From Mobula hypostoma (Eukaryota), in NCBI RefSeq assembly GCF_963921235.1, contig NC_086097.1, positions 136,216,001-136,280,000 of the forward strand: a DNA stretch of 64,000 nt, given 5' to 3'. The notes beneath the pieces were generated by a model that had not been told where the DNA came from, ran no database searches, and worked only from the letters and a program-made list of their open reading frames with translations. The position numbers were made by a program, and so were the translations under genes. The stretch's first letter is position 1, and each line of letters opens with the position of its first letter. Shown here in pieces: positions 23,835 through 36,399 of this stretch.

Positions 23835-26134
23835 TAATGAATTTCTTCAGCAGATTGGTTTTTGACCCACGATGTGATCTTTCCCCACAGACCCTTTGCA
23901 GTAACTGCACCAAGAATCATTCACTGATAATATGCTGATCCCTTTATCCATTGAGTCGCAGAGTTAGCACAGAAACAGGCCTTTAGGCCTAGCTCATCCA
24001 TCCCAGCCAGTGTGCCTACCTGAGCTAGTCCCATTTGCCCGCATTTGACCAATATCCCTCTAAACCTTTCCTACCCACGTGTATGCTCAAATGTCTCTTT
24101 AAGCATCGCAATAATTATCTGCCCTTTGTGACCTCCTCCAGTCTGGGCCCCTGTGCTTCTCCAAGTCCAAATGGTAGGGAGTACTGAGTGGGTCAGTTCG
24201 CTCCGTTGCTGGAATCCATCCCAAAGTTTACCACAACCCCCTCCCCTGTTCTGCGCAAGCCTGGAAAGAGTTATTATCTGTGGAAACAGGAAATGTACTC
24301 TGATATCACAATGTTTGTAAAGTGATGTTGGTACAGTAATGACGCCAAAAGGGAACAGGGAGGGATCCTGCTGTTGCCTCTGTTAGGTATGTGGGAGACC
24401 AAAACACTGATGCATGTTAGCAGAGACTTGATGCTGAGATTCTGATTCAGGGAACGCTGGCTGGAAGGTCCCACTCATTTCCTCCCTAGCCCAGAGGCCA
24501 AAGGATACGGTGTATGTTCTGAGAGATTTGTCTGTGCTTTCTTCAGATTGGAAAGGATAGCGAATTTATTTACTGATGCATTCAGGGGTGAATAAAATAT
24601 CACTCAAAGTAAAGCTCAATTTTCCACCTGACATGCACAAGACTGGGAATTTATTAGCACCTAGAAGAATCCTCTCAAAAATGGCGAGCGGAACCAATCG
24701 ATTTCCACTGGCACATCTGACTAATCCTACAGACGGCCCCCAACCTCCCACACCATCCCCAGACCAGGTTGCTGAAGGCAGCTGACTAAAGCAACGTTGA
24801 TATGTTAATCCACAGGAGTTCCCCTCACAATTGATTGGATTGCCCAAGTTTCACAAAGTGCCTCGAGTGTCAATGACCAGACACAAATGGTACCCACCAG
24901 TGACCTTATAGGCGTAGTGGTCGGTCGTTCCCTCGGTCATCTGTGCCAACTGGGAGAAGTAGAGTGAGCAACAGTGGTTTCACCCTCTGTTCTTACTTCT
25001 ACTGACATCGGTGAGAGACATACACGGTGCCATTGACTCAGAGACATAGAAGGGAAACAGGACCTTTGTTCCTCCGAGCCACACTGACAACCAAGCACCC
25101 ATTTCCAACCTCAGACAGTTAATCTAAGCAACATTCTCATTAGCTGCCCCCCCAACCCTGCTCTATCCATTAACCCCGTCACTGCACTTCAAAACACTTT
25201 TTATAATACATTGTAAATACATGTTGTTACTAATGTATTTATGCACATTTTAGTCTATACTTTAACATCTAACTTTGTTTTTTATGTAATTCTTTCTTCG
25301 TTATAATTGTTGTTTTATGTTGCACATCACACCCTGAGCAACACATCACCGCAAATTCCTAATACATGTAAACGTCTATGGAGCATGAAGATGATGCTTG
25401 ATCCTTGACTTACACCAGGCCTGCACCAATCCCACTTCATCCTCCTCACACTCCCATCAACTTCTCCCAGATCCCGCCACTCACCTACACCCTCGGGGTA
25501 AATTACAGCGCACAACCAGCCTTTCAACCCCCACAGTACTGGGACGTGTCGGGAAACCGGAGTACCCAGAGAAGACCCATGCGGTCACAAGGAGACTGTG
25601 TAGACTCCACACCGGCAGTGCTGGAATCTGATTTCTGCAGCCAAGAGATAGCAGCATTACTAATTGCACCACAGAGTCATCCCTTCCCATTGATTGGGGA
25701 ACAAAGGGTTTCATTTTAGAAAAGCCTGACTTGAGTCATACCTGTTATCAATGTGTTACCATCTGACCAAGGCAGAAGGAAGCTCCTGTGAACCATCCTC
25801 TCTATGAGGGAGCTTGACAGCTCTGCTGGCCCAAACGTCGTCCTCTGCACTATCTCTTCAATTACAACTCCGGTCAGGTGGCAGACACCTGCCCTCTCGA
25901 GCCCGCAAGTTGTGGGTTCAAAACCCTGGGCTGATGCACATCCTGCCAGAGGAGCTGTGTTTCACCACGAGGGGATGTCTTCGCTCAGAGGGTGGTGAGA
26001 ATGTGGAACGAGCTGGTGGATGTGGATTTAATTGCAACATTTAAGGACAGGTACAGTGAGTGGTATGAAGGGCTATGGTCCATGTGCAGGTCGATGGGAT
26101 TAGGTAGACTAACAAATACAAGAAAGGCTTCAGA

Positions 26135-26346
26135 TGCGGAAATCCAAAGCAGCACACAAAAAACACTGGAGGAACTCAGCAGGTCAGGCAGCATCTGTGG
26201 AAAAGAGTAAACAGTCGGCATTTCAGGCCGAGACCCTTCATCAGGACTGAAGAAGGGTATCAGCGCGAAACCTCAAGTGTTTTTACTCTTCCTCATAGAT
26301 TCTGGCTGACGTACTGAGTTGCTCCAGCATTCACTAGGTGTTGCTC
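26135..26346. mobile_element. Penelope-derived mini-element with back-to-back decayed hammerheads, inside a CR1 3' fragment
   Basis: agtcggcatttcaggccgagacccttcatcaggactg (minus) directly followed by ctgaagaagggtatcagcgcgaaacc (plus). Confidence 0.7.
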
Positions 26347-29109
26347 AGTATGGAGTAGATGGGCCAAAAGGCCTGTTTCTGCGATGTAGTGCTCTACAGC
26401 TCCATAACGCTGTGTGAAACTGAACCACCGGTGGGAGGAGGTGACCCCAAGGATCACATATGTAAAAAAAAAGAATGGGAGCTCCAGGTGCAACATTTAC
26501 CTCTCAACCAAAGTCAATGGGCTGTCGTCACAGTGTTGTGTGGGGGTTGATGCTGATGCTCTGTGATGCTGCTGCAACATTTATAATGCCCTTTGCATAC
26601 ATGTAATTGTGTATATGGCAATCAACTTGACTTTGACTTTGACTTTGCCATGCACAAATTGGCCTTTGCATTACCTCCTTTGTGCTTTCTCATTATTCCT
26701 TTACTTTGCACAATTTACTACTTGTAATTTATAGTGATTTTCTGTCCACAATATAACAAATTTCTCGACACATAAATCCATGATAATAGTTTTGATTCTG
26801 ATACTGATTTAAAGAATGTTTCATTGGCTGCAAGTTGCTTGGGGGTCACTTGAGAGGTCATGAAGTGTAGGGTTTCAGGACTACCAAGCTCAGTCGCCTG
26901 GTCTGCAGCTTTTGCCACGGCCCCTGATACTCACACAGAACTGAGCAACACAAATTGTAAAATTTCACTTTTACTTGTTGTTTTGACTTGCTTAAGTGCA
27001 TCCATACTGTGTTGTCATTGTTGGTATGGTGATTATGTCCATTACGACATGTTTTTGACAATTAACACTTGCCCTTGGAGAGTTTGTGAGAGGGGTGGAG
27101 TGCTGCACGTGCTCTCAATCCCATCTCCGAGACCATGCCTATGAAAGACCAGGGCAGTGTGTGCTGTGTAAAACACATCAAATCAAAGATTCTCCGAGCC
27201 TTGGGCAGTTTAGTGGAGAGTAACCTGATATTTTGTGCGGTGGTCCTGACGTACGGGCCTCCCTCCCTCCCTCCCTAACTGACATAAAGTTGAGGGAATA
27301 ACGGAGCATTTCAACTTCAATCGTTGCCATGACAGCCGAAGTCTGTTATGGAACCAGTGACGGCACACTTTTGCAAAACATCTTACTTTGAGTTTAAATT
27401 CTGATGTCATCCTGTCACCTGTTAATTATTAAGGCCATTGCAAAGAGCTGGCAATAACTCAGTCTGCTCAACACTGCAGCTAAAACCTAATGGATGTCAG
27501 AAAGCTATGTTCTGCTTTGACCAAGCAGCTACACTTCGTAAAATTTGCTGATAGGCTGCTTTTCAGATTACAGCTTTGGTTATTTCTTGATGATGGCCGT
27601 AATTAGTTGATCCAAACACTTATTTCCAGGTCATTAATAGGAGAGAAACAGTTCCAAAGTAAATTGAGGAAAGAGCAAGTTTGAAAAATTCCCAGACTTG
27701 CGTTCTCGTCCTTTGCTGGCTTCAGACCTCGGCAGGGATCTTCAGTAATTTCCTCCAGCACCAGTATTCTCTCACATCTCAGAACTTGTCCAAATCTAAT
27801 CTCCAGAGCAAAACCATCCCTGGCAGCCATTCCCTTCAGCTGCCTGTGCTCTAAGCTCTGGAATTCCATCTCCAAACCTCTCCATCTTTCCTCCTTTAAT
27901 ACCATATTCCCAAGAACATAGCAACTCTTGCCCTCAGCACTAGTATCTCCTTGTGTGGCTTGATATAGAATCATATAATGAACACTCTTTGGATGATGTA
28001 AACACATGGGCTGGTCCTGGACTTATTTCCTGGCATAACTTACATATTACTATTTAATTATTTATGGTTTTATTAATATTTAATTATTTATGTTGCAACT
28101 GTAACGAAAACCAATTTCCCTTGGGATCAGTAAAGTATGACTATGAGTATGACTAAATTGTTGTGGTACTCATCGACATTAAGAAGAAGGATAACACATG
28201 TTGCTGACTTGGATTAGTTTATCGATACAGGTATATATATTCCTTTCTTGCATGAAGCTGAGAGAGTAAACACATACAACACTACAGTGACAATCACAAA
28301 ACACCAGAATGGTGCAAAGATTGTAGTGCAAATTTGAGGTGGTGCTAAAAGAATCGCTAAAGTGACAATAACGGAACAACCAAGAATTAAGAGTCTGAAA
28401 AGATGGTAGCATCCCAGGGAAAGGGAGAGAAAGAGGTGATTGGTTCAGAGGTCAATCAGTGGGGAAGAAGCTATTCTTGAGTTTTGTTGTGCAGACTTTC
28501 AAGTTCCCGTATCTTCTCCCAGACAGCAAAAGTGAGAAGAGAATGGCCAGGGTGGCAGGCATCCTTGACAATACTCAGCCTGAAGCAAGGCATTGTGAAT
28601 TAGGACTGGAGGGAAGAGGTAGGTCTGTGAAGCAACGAAAAGTGATAAGTTGCACCCCTTGAATGAATGCAGAGGTTGGGAAAAATGGGCAGAAGTGTCA
28701 AGGTGCAGCATAGATTAACCAGAGCGGAACGGATACGTCTGCAGGAGAGACTGGACAGGTTGGGTATTCCCACAGAAAGAGGTTTAAGTTTAAAGGAGCT
28801 CAATAGGAAGAAGTAGAACTTTGCTGTATAGAAGGGACCAAGGCGGTAGATCACAAAGACGAGAGAGTTCCAAAAATATCCACCTGGGAGTTCACGAGAA
28901 ATCCTTTCCCCTGGGTTGGAACAAAACAGGAATGTCACTCCCACAGTGAGGAGCTGAGGTGAATGGCTTTCGAGAGAAGACAGCAAACATGGGGGGAGGT
29001 GGAGTGAAGGATGCAGTGATGAAATGAGGTGAAGATTTGAGAAGAGAATAATGAGGTGAAGAAAACCATCACAGAGAAGAGGGGCTGAATGGTCTGTTTG
29101 ACGTTATAG

Positions 29110-29950
29110 TCTTAAAGTTGTGCACCATTGAAACAGGCCATTCAGACCACTGTGTCTATGCTGACCTCCATACCTATCTATACTAATCCTACTTTCCTGT
29201 ATTAATTCCGTATCTCTTTATGCCCTGTTCATTCAAGTCCCTGTCCAGATGTCTTTTAAATGTCAATATTGCTGCTGCCTCCAACACCTCCTTTGGCAGC
29301 TCATTCCAGATCCCAGCCAAGTGCGTGTTAGGGAATTTTGGTGATAGGACATATAGCAAATAACTCTCTCTAGCTTAATCACATACTTGATATAGCACGG
29401 TGACCTGAATGGCGCGCCATACTTTAAATGTGACTTAACCAATATTTTGCACAACCGTAACATGGTGCCCCAACTCTTGTAATCAATGTCAGGGCCAGTG
29501 AAGACATGTGCACCATACCCTTCTTCACCATCTTGTTTACCTTCAGGGAATTATGTACTTTTATTTCTAGGTCTCTCTGTTCTACACTGCTTGCCAGGGC
29601 CCAATCATTGACTGTTTAAGTCATGACCTTCCCAATATGTAACACTTCACACTTGTCTGAATTAAATTCCATCTGCCTTTCCTTGGCCCACATTCCCTGT
29701 TGATTTAGATCCTGTATAACTTTTGACAATCTTCTTCACTGTCCACTATGCCACCAATTTCAGAGTCATTTGCAAACTTACTAATCACACCACCTACATT
29801 CTCATCCAAATCATTAATATATATGATGAACAACAATGGAGTCAACACCAATCTCTGTGACACACTAGTAGTTACAGTTCTCTGATCTGAGAAACAGCTC
29901 TCTCCTACCACCCTCAGACTACTGCTACCAAGCCGGCTTTGTATCCAGTT
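29110..29950 (-). mobile_element. Old CR1 fragment
   Basis: ORFs 29705-29911 (LLFIIYINDLDENVGGVISKFANDSEIGG) and 29263-29463. Confidence 0.8.
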
Positions 29951-31782
29951 TCAGTGCTCTGTGATTCTGGAGAAGGATTGAAATGAGTCCAGGTTGACTC
30001 ATTCCTTCAATTAGATCACTTGGGTGGTTTGAGGGAAGCCCACGGCTGACACTTCCCCATGTGGAAGCAGCCCATCACAGGCTACCATCAGCCACCTCCT
30101 GCCCCATCCATGGAACTGTCTGCAGTCCCCATGTCGGCATCATCAGTTAGTTCAGAACCCATGGAACTGGATAGGAAGCAGGTCACCCACGATGCTAACA
30201 GACTGTTTGTGAAGGAGATCTAGAGACTGTCAAAGTGTTTCAGAATGAATCATCCCCACATTAGGGATTCTATTCAGCAAAGGTTTTGAATATGACTGAT
30301 GAAAGACACTAATGAATCAGTAAATTTATCTACTGATTTGGCCCAAGATGTTGTGCTGAACTGATTAAGCAATAAGACTTAATCCCTTCTGTCCACAAAT
30401 GGTCCATGTCCCTCTATTCTCTGCATATTCCTGGCCCTTTGTAAATACATTTATCATATCTACTGACCACCCCCGATAGTGCATTCCAGGCACACGCCAT
30501 CCAGTGTAAAAAACTTGCCCTGCACTTTTCCTTTGTACTTTCCCCCTCTTGGCTTAAATGCATAGCCTCTAGTATTAGACATTTCAATTCTGGGAAAAAA
30601 TATTAGCTGTCTACCCTATTAATGCCTTTCATAATCTGATAAACTTTTATCAGTCTCCCCTCAGCCTCTGGTGCTCAAGATAAAACAGACCAGTTTTGTC
30701 CGAACCCTCTTTATATCACATGCTCTCTAATCCAGGCAGCATCCTGGTGAACCACTTCATCCTTCCGGTAGTGGGCGGTCAGAATTTAGCAGCAGGAAGC
30801 TGTCTTCTGCGTCAATAGCCAAAACAATTAAAAGGTTTGGAGCCAGCAATGATTACAGAGCAAACTGGTGAACAGACAATGATGTTTAAAAAGGACTCCA
30901 CATCCCCTCCCCTCTCTTCTTCTGAAGTCTGCTGTTCCAACAGTTGCTCAGAGCATGGTGGGAGAAGTTTGTTGATTCCTGTTGGGTCTTCCTGGGGTTC
31001 GTGAGGAATTGGGGGATGCCTTTCCCTTTACACCTAGGTTTGAGGGGGATATCTATCCCTCCTCATCCTCACGGCCCCCCAGGGTTTACTCCAGGCTGCC
31101 AGAGGTGAGTAGGGGGATCTGACTCATCACGGACTCATCCTGAAGCAGGATGTATGGAGCGCACACTGCCTACAGTGGCTGAGGGAAATGGGAGCTCAGG
31201 CCACAACTTATTAATGGGACAGTGGTGCAGGGAATGTGTACTTAAACCGAAGACTCTGCCTCTGGCTTGCCTGTATATTTAGGACAGGTTTAATGCTACA
31301 GAAACTGCCCAGTGTCAAATGGACAGCAATCTTTACAGGGCTTTTGGAGGGCAGGATCATTGGCATCCCAACAGATAACATCTTAAACCCTGCTTTATAA
31401 ACAGCTCCACAGTACTTTCCTCCAACAGCCAAGAATGTCAAGAATGATCTCAGGAATGAAAGGCTCCACAGGAATGAGGAGAATTTGATGTATATGGGCC
31501 TGTACTCAAAGGAATTCAGAAGGTTGATGGTGCATCTCTTGGATCCTACTGGATACTGAAAGGCCTAGATAGAGTGGATGCAGAGAGGATGTTTTCATTA
31601 ATAGTATAGGTACCAAAGACACAGCCTCACAATAAGAGCATAAGATATAGGAGTATTCGAGTGAATTCTAGTGAGTACAGGCCCAGATCCATCAAATGCT
31701 CTTCATATGACAAGCCACTCAATCCTGGAATCATTTTTGTGAACCTCCTTTGAACCCTCTCTAGTTTCAGCGCATCCTTTAG

Positions 31783-32690
31783 GAACATAGAAATGTAGAA
31801 AACCTACAGCACAATACAGGCCCTTTGGCCCACAAAGCTGTGCTGAACATGTCCTTACCTTAGAAATTACCCAGGGTTACCCATAGCCCTCTATTTTCCT
31901 AAGCTCCATGTACCTATCCAGGAGTCTCTTGAAAGACCCTATTGTATTCACCTCCACCACCGTCACCAGCAGCCCATTCCACGCACTCACCACTCTGCAT
32001 AAAAAACTTACCTCTGACATCTCCTCTGTACCTACTTCCAAGCACCTTAAAGCTGTGCCCTTTCATGCTAGCCACTTCAGCCCTGGGAAAAAGCCTCTGA
32101 CTATCCACACAATCAATGCCTATTATCATCTTATACACCTCTATCAGGTCACCTCTCATCCTATGTCACTCCAAGGAGAAAAGGCCAAGTTCACTCAACC
32201 TATTCTCATAAAGCATGCTCCCCAATCCAGGCAACATCCTTGTAAATCTCCTCTGCACCCTTTCTACAATTTCCACATCCTTCCTGTAGTGAGGCGACCA
32301 GAACTGAGCACAGTACTCCAAGTGGGGTCTGACCAGAGTCCTATATAGCTGCAAAACATTACCTCTCTGCTACTAAACTCAATCCCATGATTGATGCAGG
32401 CCAATGCACCGTATGTTTTCTTAACCATGGAGTCAACCTGCGCAGCTGTTTTGAGTGTCCTTTGGACTCGGACCCCGAGATCCCTCGGATCCTCCACGAC
32501 TGCCAATAATCTTACCATTAATACTATATTCTGCCATCATATTTGACCTACAAAAATGAACCACTTCACACTTGGCTGGGTTGAATTCCATCTGCCACTT
32601 CTCAGCCCAGATTTGCATCCTATCGATGTCCTGCTGTAACCTCTGACAGCCCTCCACACTATCCATGACACCGCCAACCTTTGTGTCATC
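31783..32690 (-). mobile_element. CR1 3' fragment nested in another minus-strand CR1 (about 31640-32765)
   Basis: ORFs 32433-32666, 32166-32354, 31914-32159; atagaaa-type tail; catccttt repeated at both junctions. Confidence 0.88.
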
Positions 32691-32898
32691 CTTTCTAGGA
32701 TAAGGGGTCCAAACCTACCCTCAATACTCCTAGTAAGGCCTCAGCAGAGCTTTATAAAGTCTCAAAAAGATGTCCCTTTAAAACTGAAACGAGGAGAACT
32801 TCCTCACCCAGAAGCTGTTGGATCTGTGGAATTCATTGTCACAGAGGTCTGTGGAGACCAAGTCATTGGGTGTATTTACGGAAGGGATTGATGGGTTC

Positions 32899-34095
32899 TT
32901 TTTTTTACTCAGCATAACAAAACTTTCAATTTCCAGATACACTTACATTTACATTTCTTCCCCTCACAGATATCAGGTATCAGAACACTTCCATCAAAGT
33001 ATAGACATTACCACAACACCCTATACAAAAGCCCTTATTAGTATAGCAGACAGGTTTACATCTATATACTGCAGAAAAGGTTGCCATGTTTATGAAAACT
33101 ATTTGTTTTTGAGTGTAGCATACATGTCAAAAAGTCCAAAGGAATGTGTTCCATGATTAATTTACGCCAACCAAAAAGTCCAGGGGCCTTATTGGATATA
33201 GTAAAATGTTCTTCCTCGCACAAAAAGTCAGGATGTTAAAAAGTTTTTTCTGATGTGCATTAATAATACGACTGCTGGGTAAGCCGAAGAGAAAAGACAC
33301 TGGGTCCAGTTCAAGCTCCATCTTCACAATCTTTTCCATTTCATCCAAAATATCACTCCAGTATGCCTGAAGTTTGGAACAAGTCCAAAAACAGTGGGTG
33401 AAAGTTCCAGTATTTACTTTACATTTAGAATACATTGGAGAATTCCCCGTCTTAAATTTCGAGAGATGATCTGGAGTCAAATGGGCTCTATGCAGAATTT
33501 TGAGTTGCAATGCTTTAGGTCTATTACAAACTGAAATCTTCTTTGCATTATCACAGATGTCTTCCCATGTTTCAGCTGTAATTTCTACTCCCAGCTCTTC
33601 CTCCCAGCCTCTCCACAAGAACCTTCCCTCAGGATGCTGTAAAAAGTACTAATAGAGACTTCACCCTTAGAACGAAACACCCTCTTTTCTATGTCAGAAC
33701 TATAGAAGTCAGTTAACAATGATGTTTTTTTTCTGTATATTATCTCTTATCTGAAAGAAAGGAAAAAGATCCTTGTTGGGTATGTTAAATTTATGTACTA
33801 TTTGACTAAAAGACATCATAATTCCTTCATCAAACAAATCTCCTAGACGGGAAATACCCTTAGAAATCCAAAGTTTAAATCCTGAATCCATTATGCCAGG
33901 CCGAAAATCTGGACTGCCGGTTATTGGAGTGAAGTGTGATATTTTCGCTGCGTTGTCCACAATTTGTCGCACTGCCCTCCAAGCCCTGACTGTATTAATT
34001 GTTACTGGATTGCGATAATATTCCTTAACTAGTTTCATCTTATTGAGGAAAAGCAAATTAATAAGAGGGCATTTTGCTTGTGAAGCTTCAATGTC
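32899..34095 (-). mobile_element. L1-clade LINE ORF2 C-terminal fragment
   Basis: ORF 33157-33618 (WEEELGVEIT..QLKILHRAHLTP..SKCKVNTGTFTHCFWTCSKLQAYW) and 33709-34230 (WISKGISRLGDLF); T-run at 32899-32906. Confidence 0.85.
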
Positions 34096-35794
34096 TTGAT
34101 TGGTAAGGGAGTTATGGATTACAGGAATAAGGTGGGCGAATGGGATTGAAAAAAAATCGGCCATGATTGAATGGCAATGTAGACTCACTGGACAAAATGA
34201 CCTAATTCTGCTCCTATATCTTATGGTCATTCATCCACTCCCTGTATACATTGCCGACTAGTGAAAATGTCATTTACAAAGCCGGTATTTATTGTTCACC
34301 CCACCTGCCCTGGAGATGGTCAAGGTGAATTGCCTTTTTGAAGTGCTGCCGTTGTTCTGGTGAAGCTCCCACGGTGCTGTTGGGGAGGGAATTCGAGCCT
34401 AGTCGAAAGTACGGAGGAGTTTGACTGGAATGGTCTCAGTGATGAAGGATTTTGGTTGTATGGAGAAATTGGAGAGGTTGGGGCTAAAACCAAAATCAAA
34501 GTTGAGTTAATGTCATCTGTACAGTACATATATGCACAGATATGATGGAAGATTGACTTGCAACAGCATCATAGGGGCATAGCATTTGGGATACAACGTT
34601 CTCAATGATTTAAGCATAAATCATAGAAGAAAGAACAATGAGAACAGAAGTAATGTCCATTGCACTGCAAAGTGATCAAAATGTTGCTATTGAGGTAGTG
34701 ATTATGGTTGTGCACCATGGTTCAAAAATAGCTGAAGGGAAGTAGCTGTTCTTGAACGTGATGCTGTGGGACTTCATGCTTCAGTGCCTTCTGCTCGATG
34801 GTAGCAGTGAGAAGATGGTACGGCGCAGATGGCTAGTGTGTTTGATGATCGATGTTGCTTTCTTGAAGCATTGCTTGGTGTAAGTACTCCCGATGTTCCC
34901 CTTGGAACAGAGATTCAATACAGGCCTTCAGAGTTCTGAAGATATTTGATGAAGGGCAAATGAGCAGAGTGATATGGATTAGTGGAAATTGTTGAAAGAA
35001 ACAATAAAATTGATGAGTGGTATATTGTTTATCTGTGAGTTATTGTAACCTTGCTGGCTCTTAAAATAGGTTCATTCTCCAGACTGGCATACACACCATG
35101 CAGTTTATTTTACTTTTATTATTGTCACATGTACTAAAATACAATGATAATTTTTCTGTTTGTACTGTATGTCTTCCAGACAGATCATGCCATATGTTAG
35201 AGCATATTCTGGAGTTAATAGCAAATATTAATTTCAACAGTATCCGGTCTTCAGACCAGAAAGTAGATTGTAGACTGAGTTAAAAATGCACCCAGATCTA
35301 TAGTCTTCCTGGAGCAGCAGTCTGGCAGTGATGGCAAACCAGGAAACACCCATTCACCTGAGGATGCATATGCATGAATGCAGCTGCAGAGTTAGTGGGG
35401 ATTAACATTCATCTCATTGAAACCTACCCAACATTGAAAGGAGTAGATAAAGTGGATGCTGAGAGGATGTTTCCTATGTCGGGGGTATCCAGAACTGGAG
35501 GGGACAGCCTCAGAACTGAAGGGCAATCTTTTAGAACACAGGTAAAGAGGAATTTTTTTAGCCAGAGAATGTTCTACCACAGGCTGCGGTGGAGACCAAG
35601 TCCGTGGGTATATTTAAAGCGGAAGCTGTTGGTTTCCTGATTGGTCCTGGCATGAAAGGATATGGGGAGAAGACAGGTGTATGGTGTTGAGTGGGATCCG
35701 GGATCAGCCGTGATGGAATGCCGGAGCAGACTCGATGGGTTGAATGGCCTAATTCTGCTCCTATGCCTTATGGTCTTATTTTGGGTGTCTGGAG

Positions 35795-36057
35795 TGTTGG
35801 TGTGAAAATGGATGTGTTTGAAAACTGTATGTAATTCAAAGGAAGCATTATTGATGCATGGTAACTATAGAATCGTCCTGCTGTTATCTTTGATCTTTAG
35901 CATATAAAAATGGCATGTAATATTGGGTCAGGCAGGCCTCTTTTTCCAAGAGAGTCTCGAGTATGATGCCTGCTGCTTGTTTTGCTGAATAAAGACCTCT
36001 ATATCCATCAGCTTCAGTGTCTCCCTGCTGACTTTGTTCACCGTCACAACACCAACA
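35795..36057 (+). mobile_element. Probable solo LTR
   Basis: tgttggtgt..acaccaaca inverted ends (TG..CA), internal TATAAAA and AATAAA in LTR order; no TSD found. Confidence 0.45.
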
Positions 36058-36399
36058 ATAGAAAACTGAATGAGGATGTAGTTCTGCAGTTACAGTGAAA
36101 GTTCAGTGTGCATAAACAAATCAATCTAAAGGCCGTGAAAAGGTAGATCATGAGATAAGGTGTTCATCCTTTAGCGTATGAGAGGTCCATACAGGAGTCT
36201 GACAACTGGGTTAGAAGTTGTTCTTGAACCTGGTGATACGTGTTCTCAGGTCCTTGTACCTTCTCCCTGATGGAAAGGGGAGATGAGAAAATGTCCAAAA
36301 CTCCTCAATGTGCCATCCATCGGTGGCAGGAGTTCAGTAAGGGCCCATGTGCCATAAGAGAGACACAGACGCAAAATGAACAGTTCTCTGAGTTTTAAT

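Larger units (their letters stand above)
31441..34230 (+). mobile_element. Old CR1 3' fragment split by nested CR1 and L1 insertions
   Basis: Collinear CR1 pieces at about 31441-31638, 32768-32900 and 34094-34230. Confidence 0.7.

Noticed and set aside
21120..25410. Similar segments at about 21120-21385 and 25165-25410 as an LTR pair or duplication
   Set aside because: Both end in atccttga-type tails and lack TG..CA ends; better explained as independent LINE 3' UTR copies.
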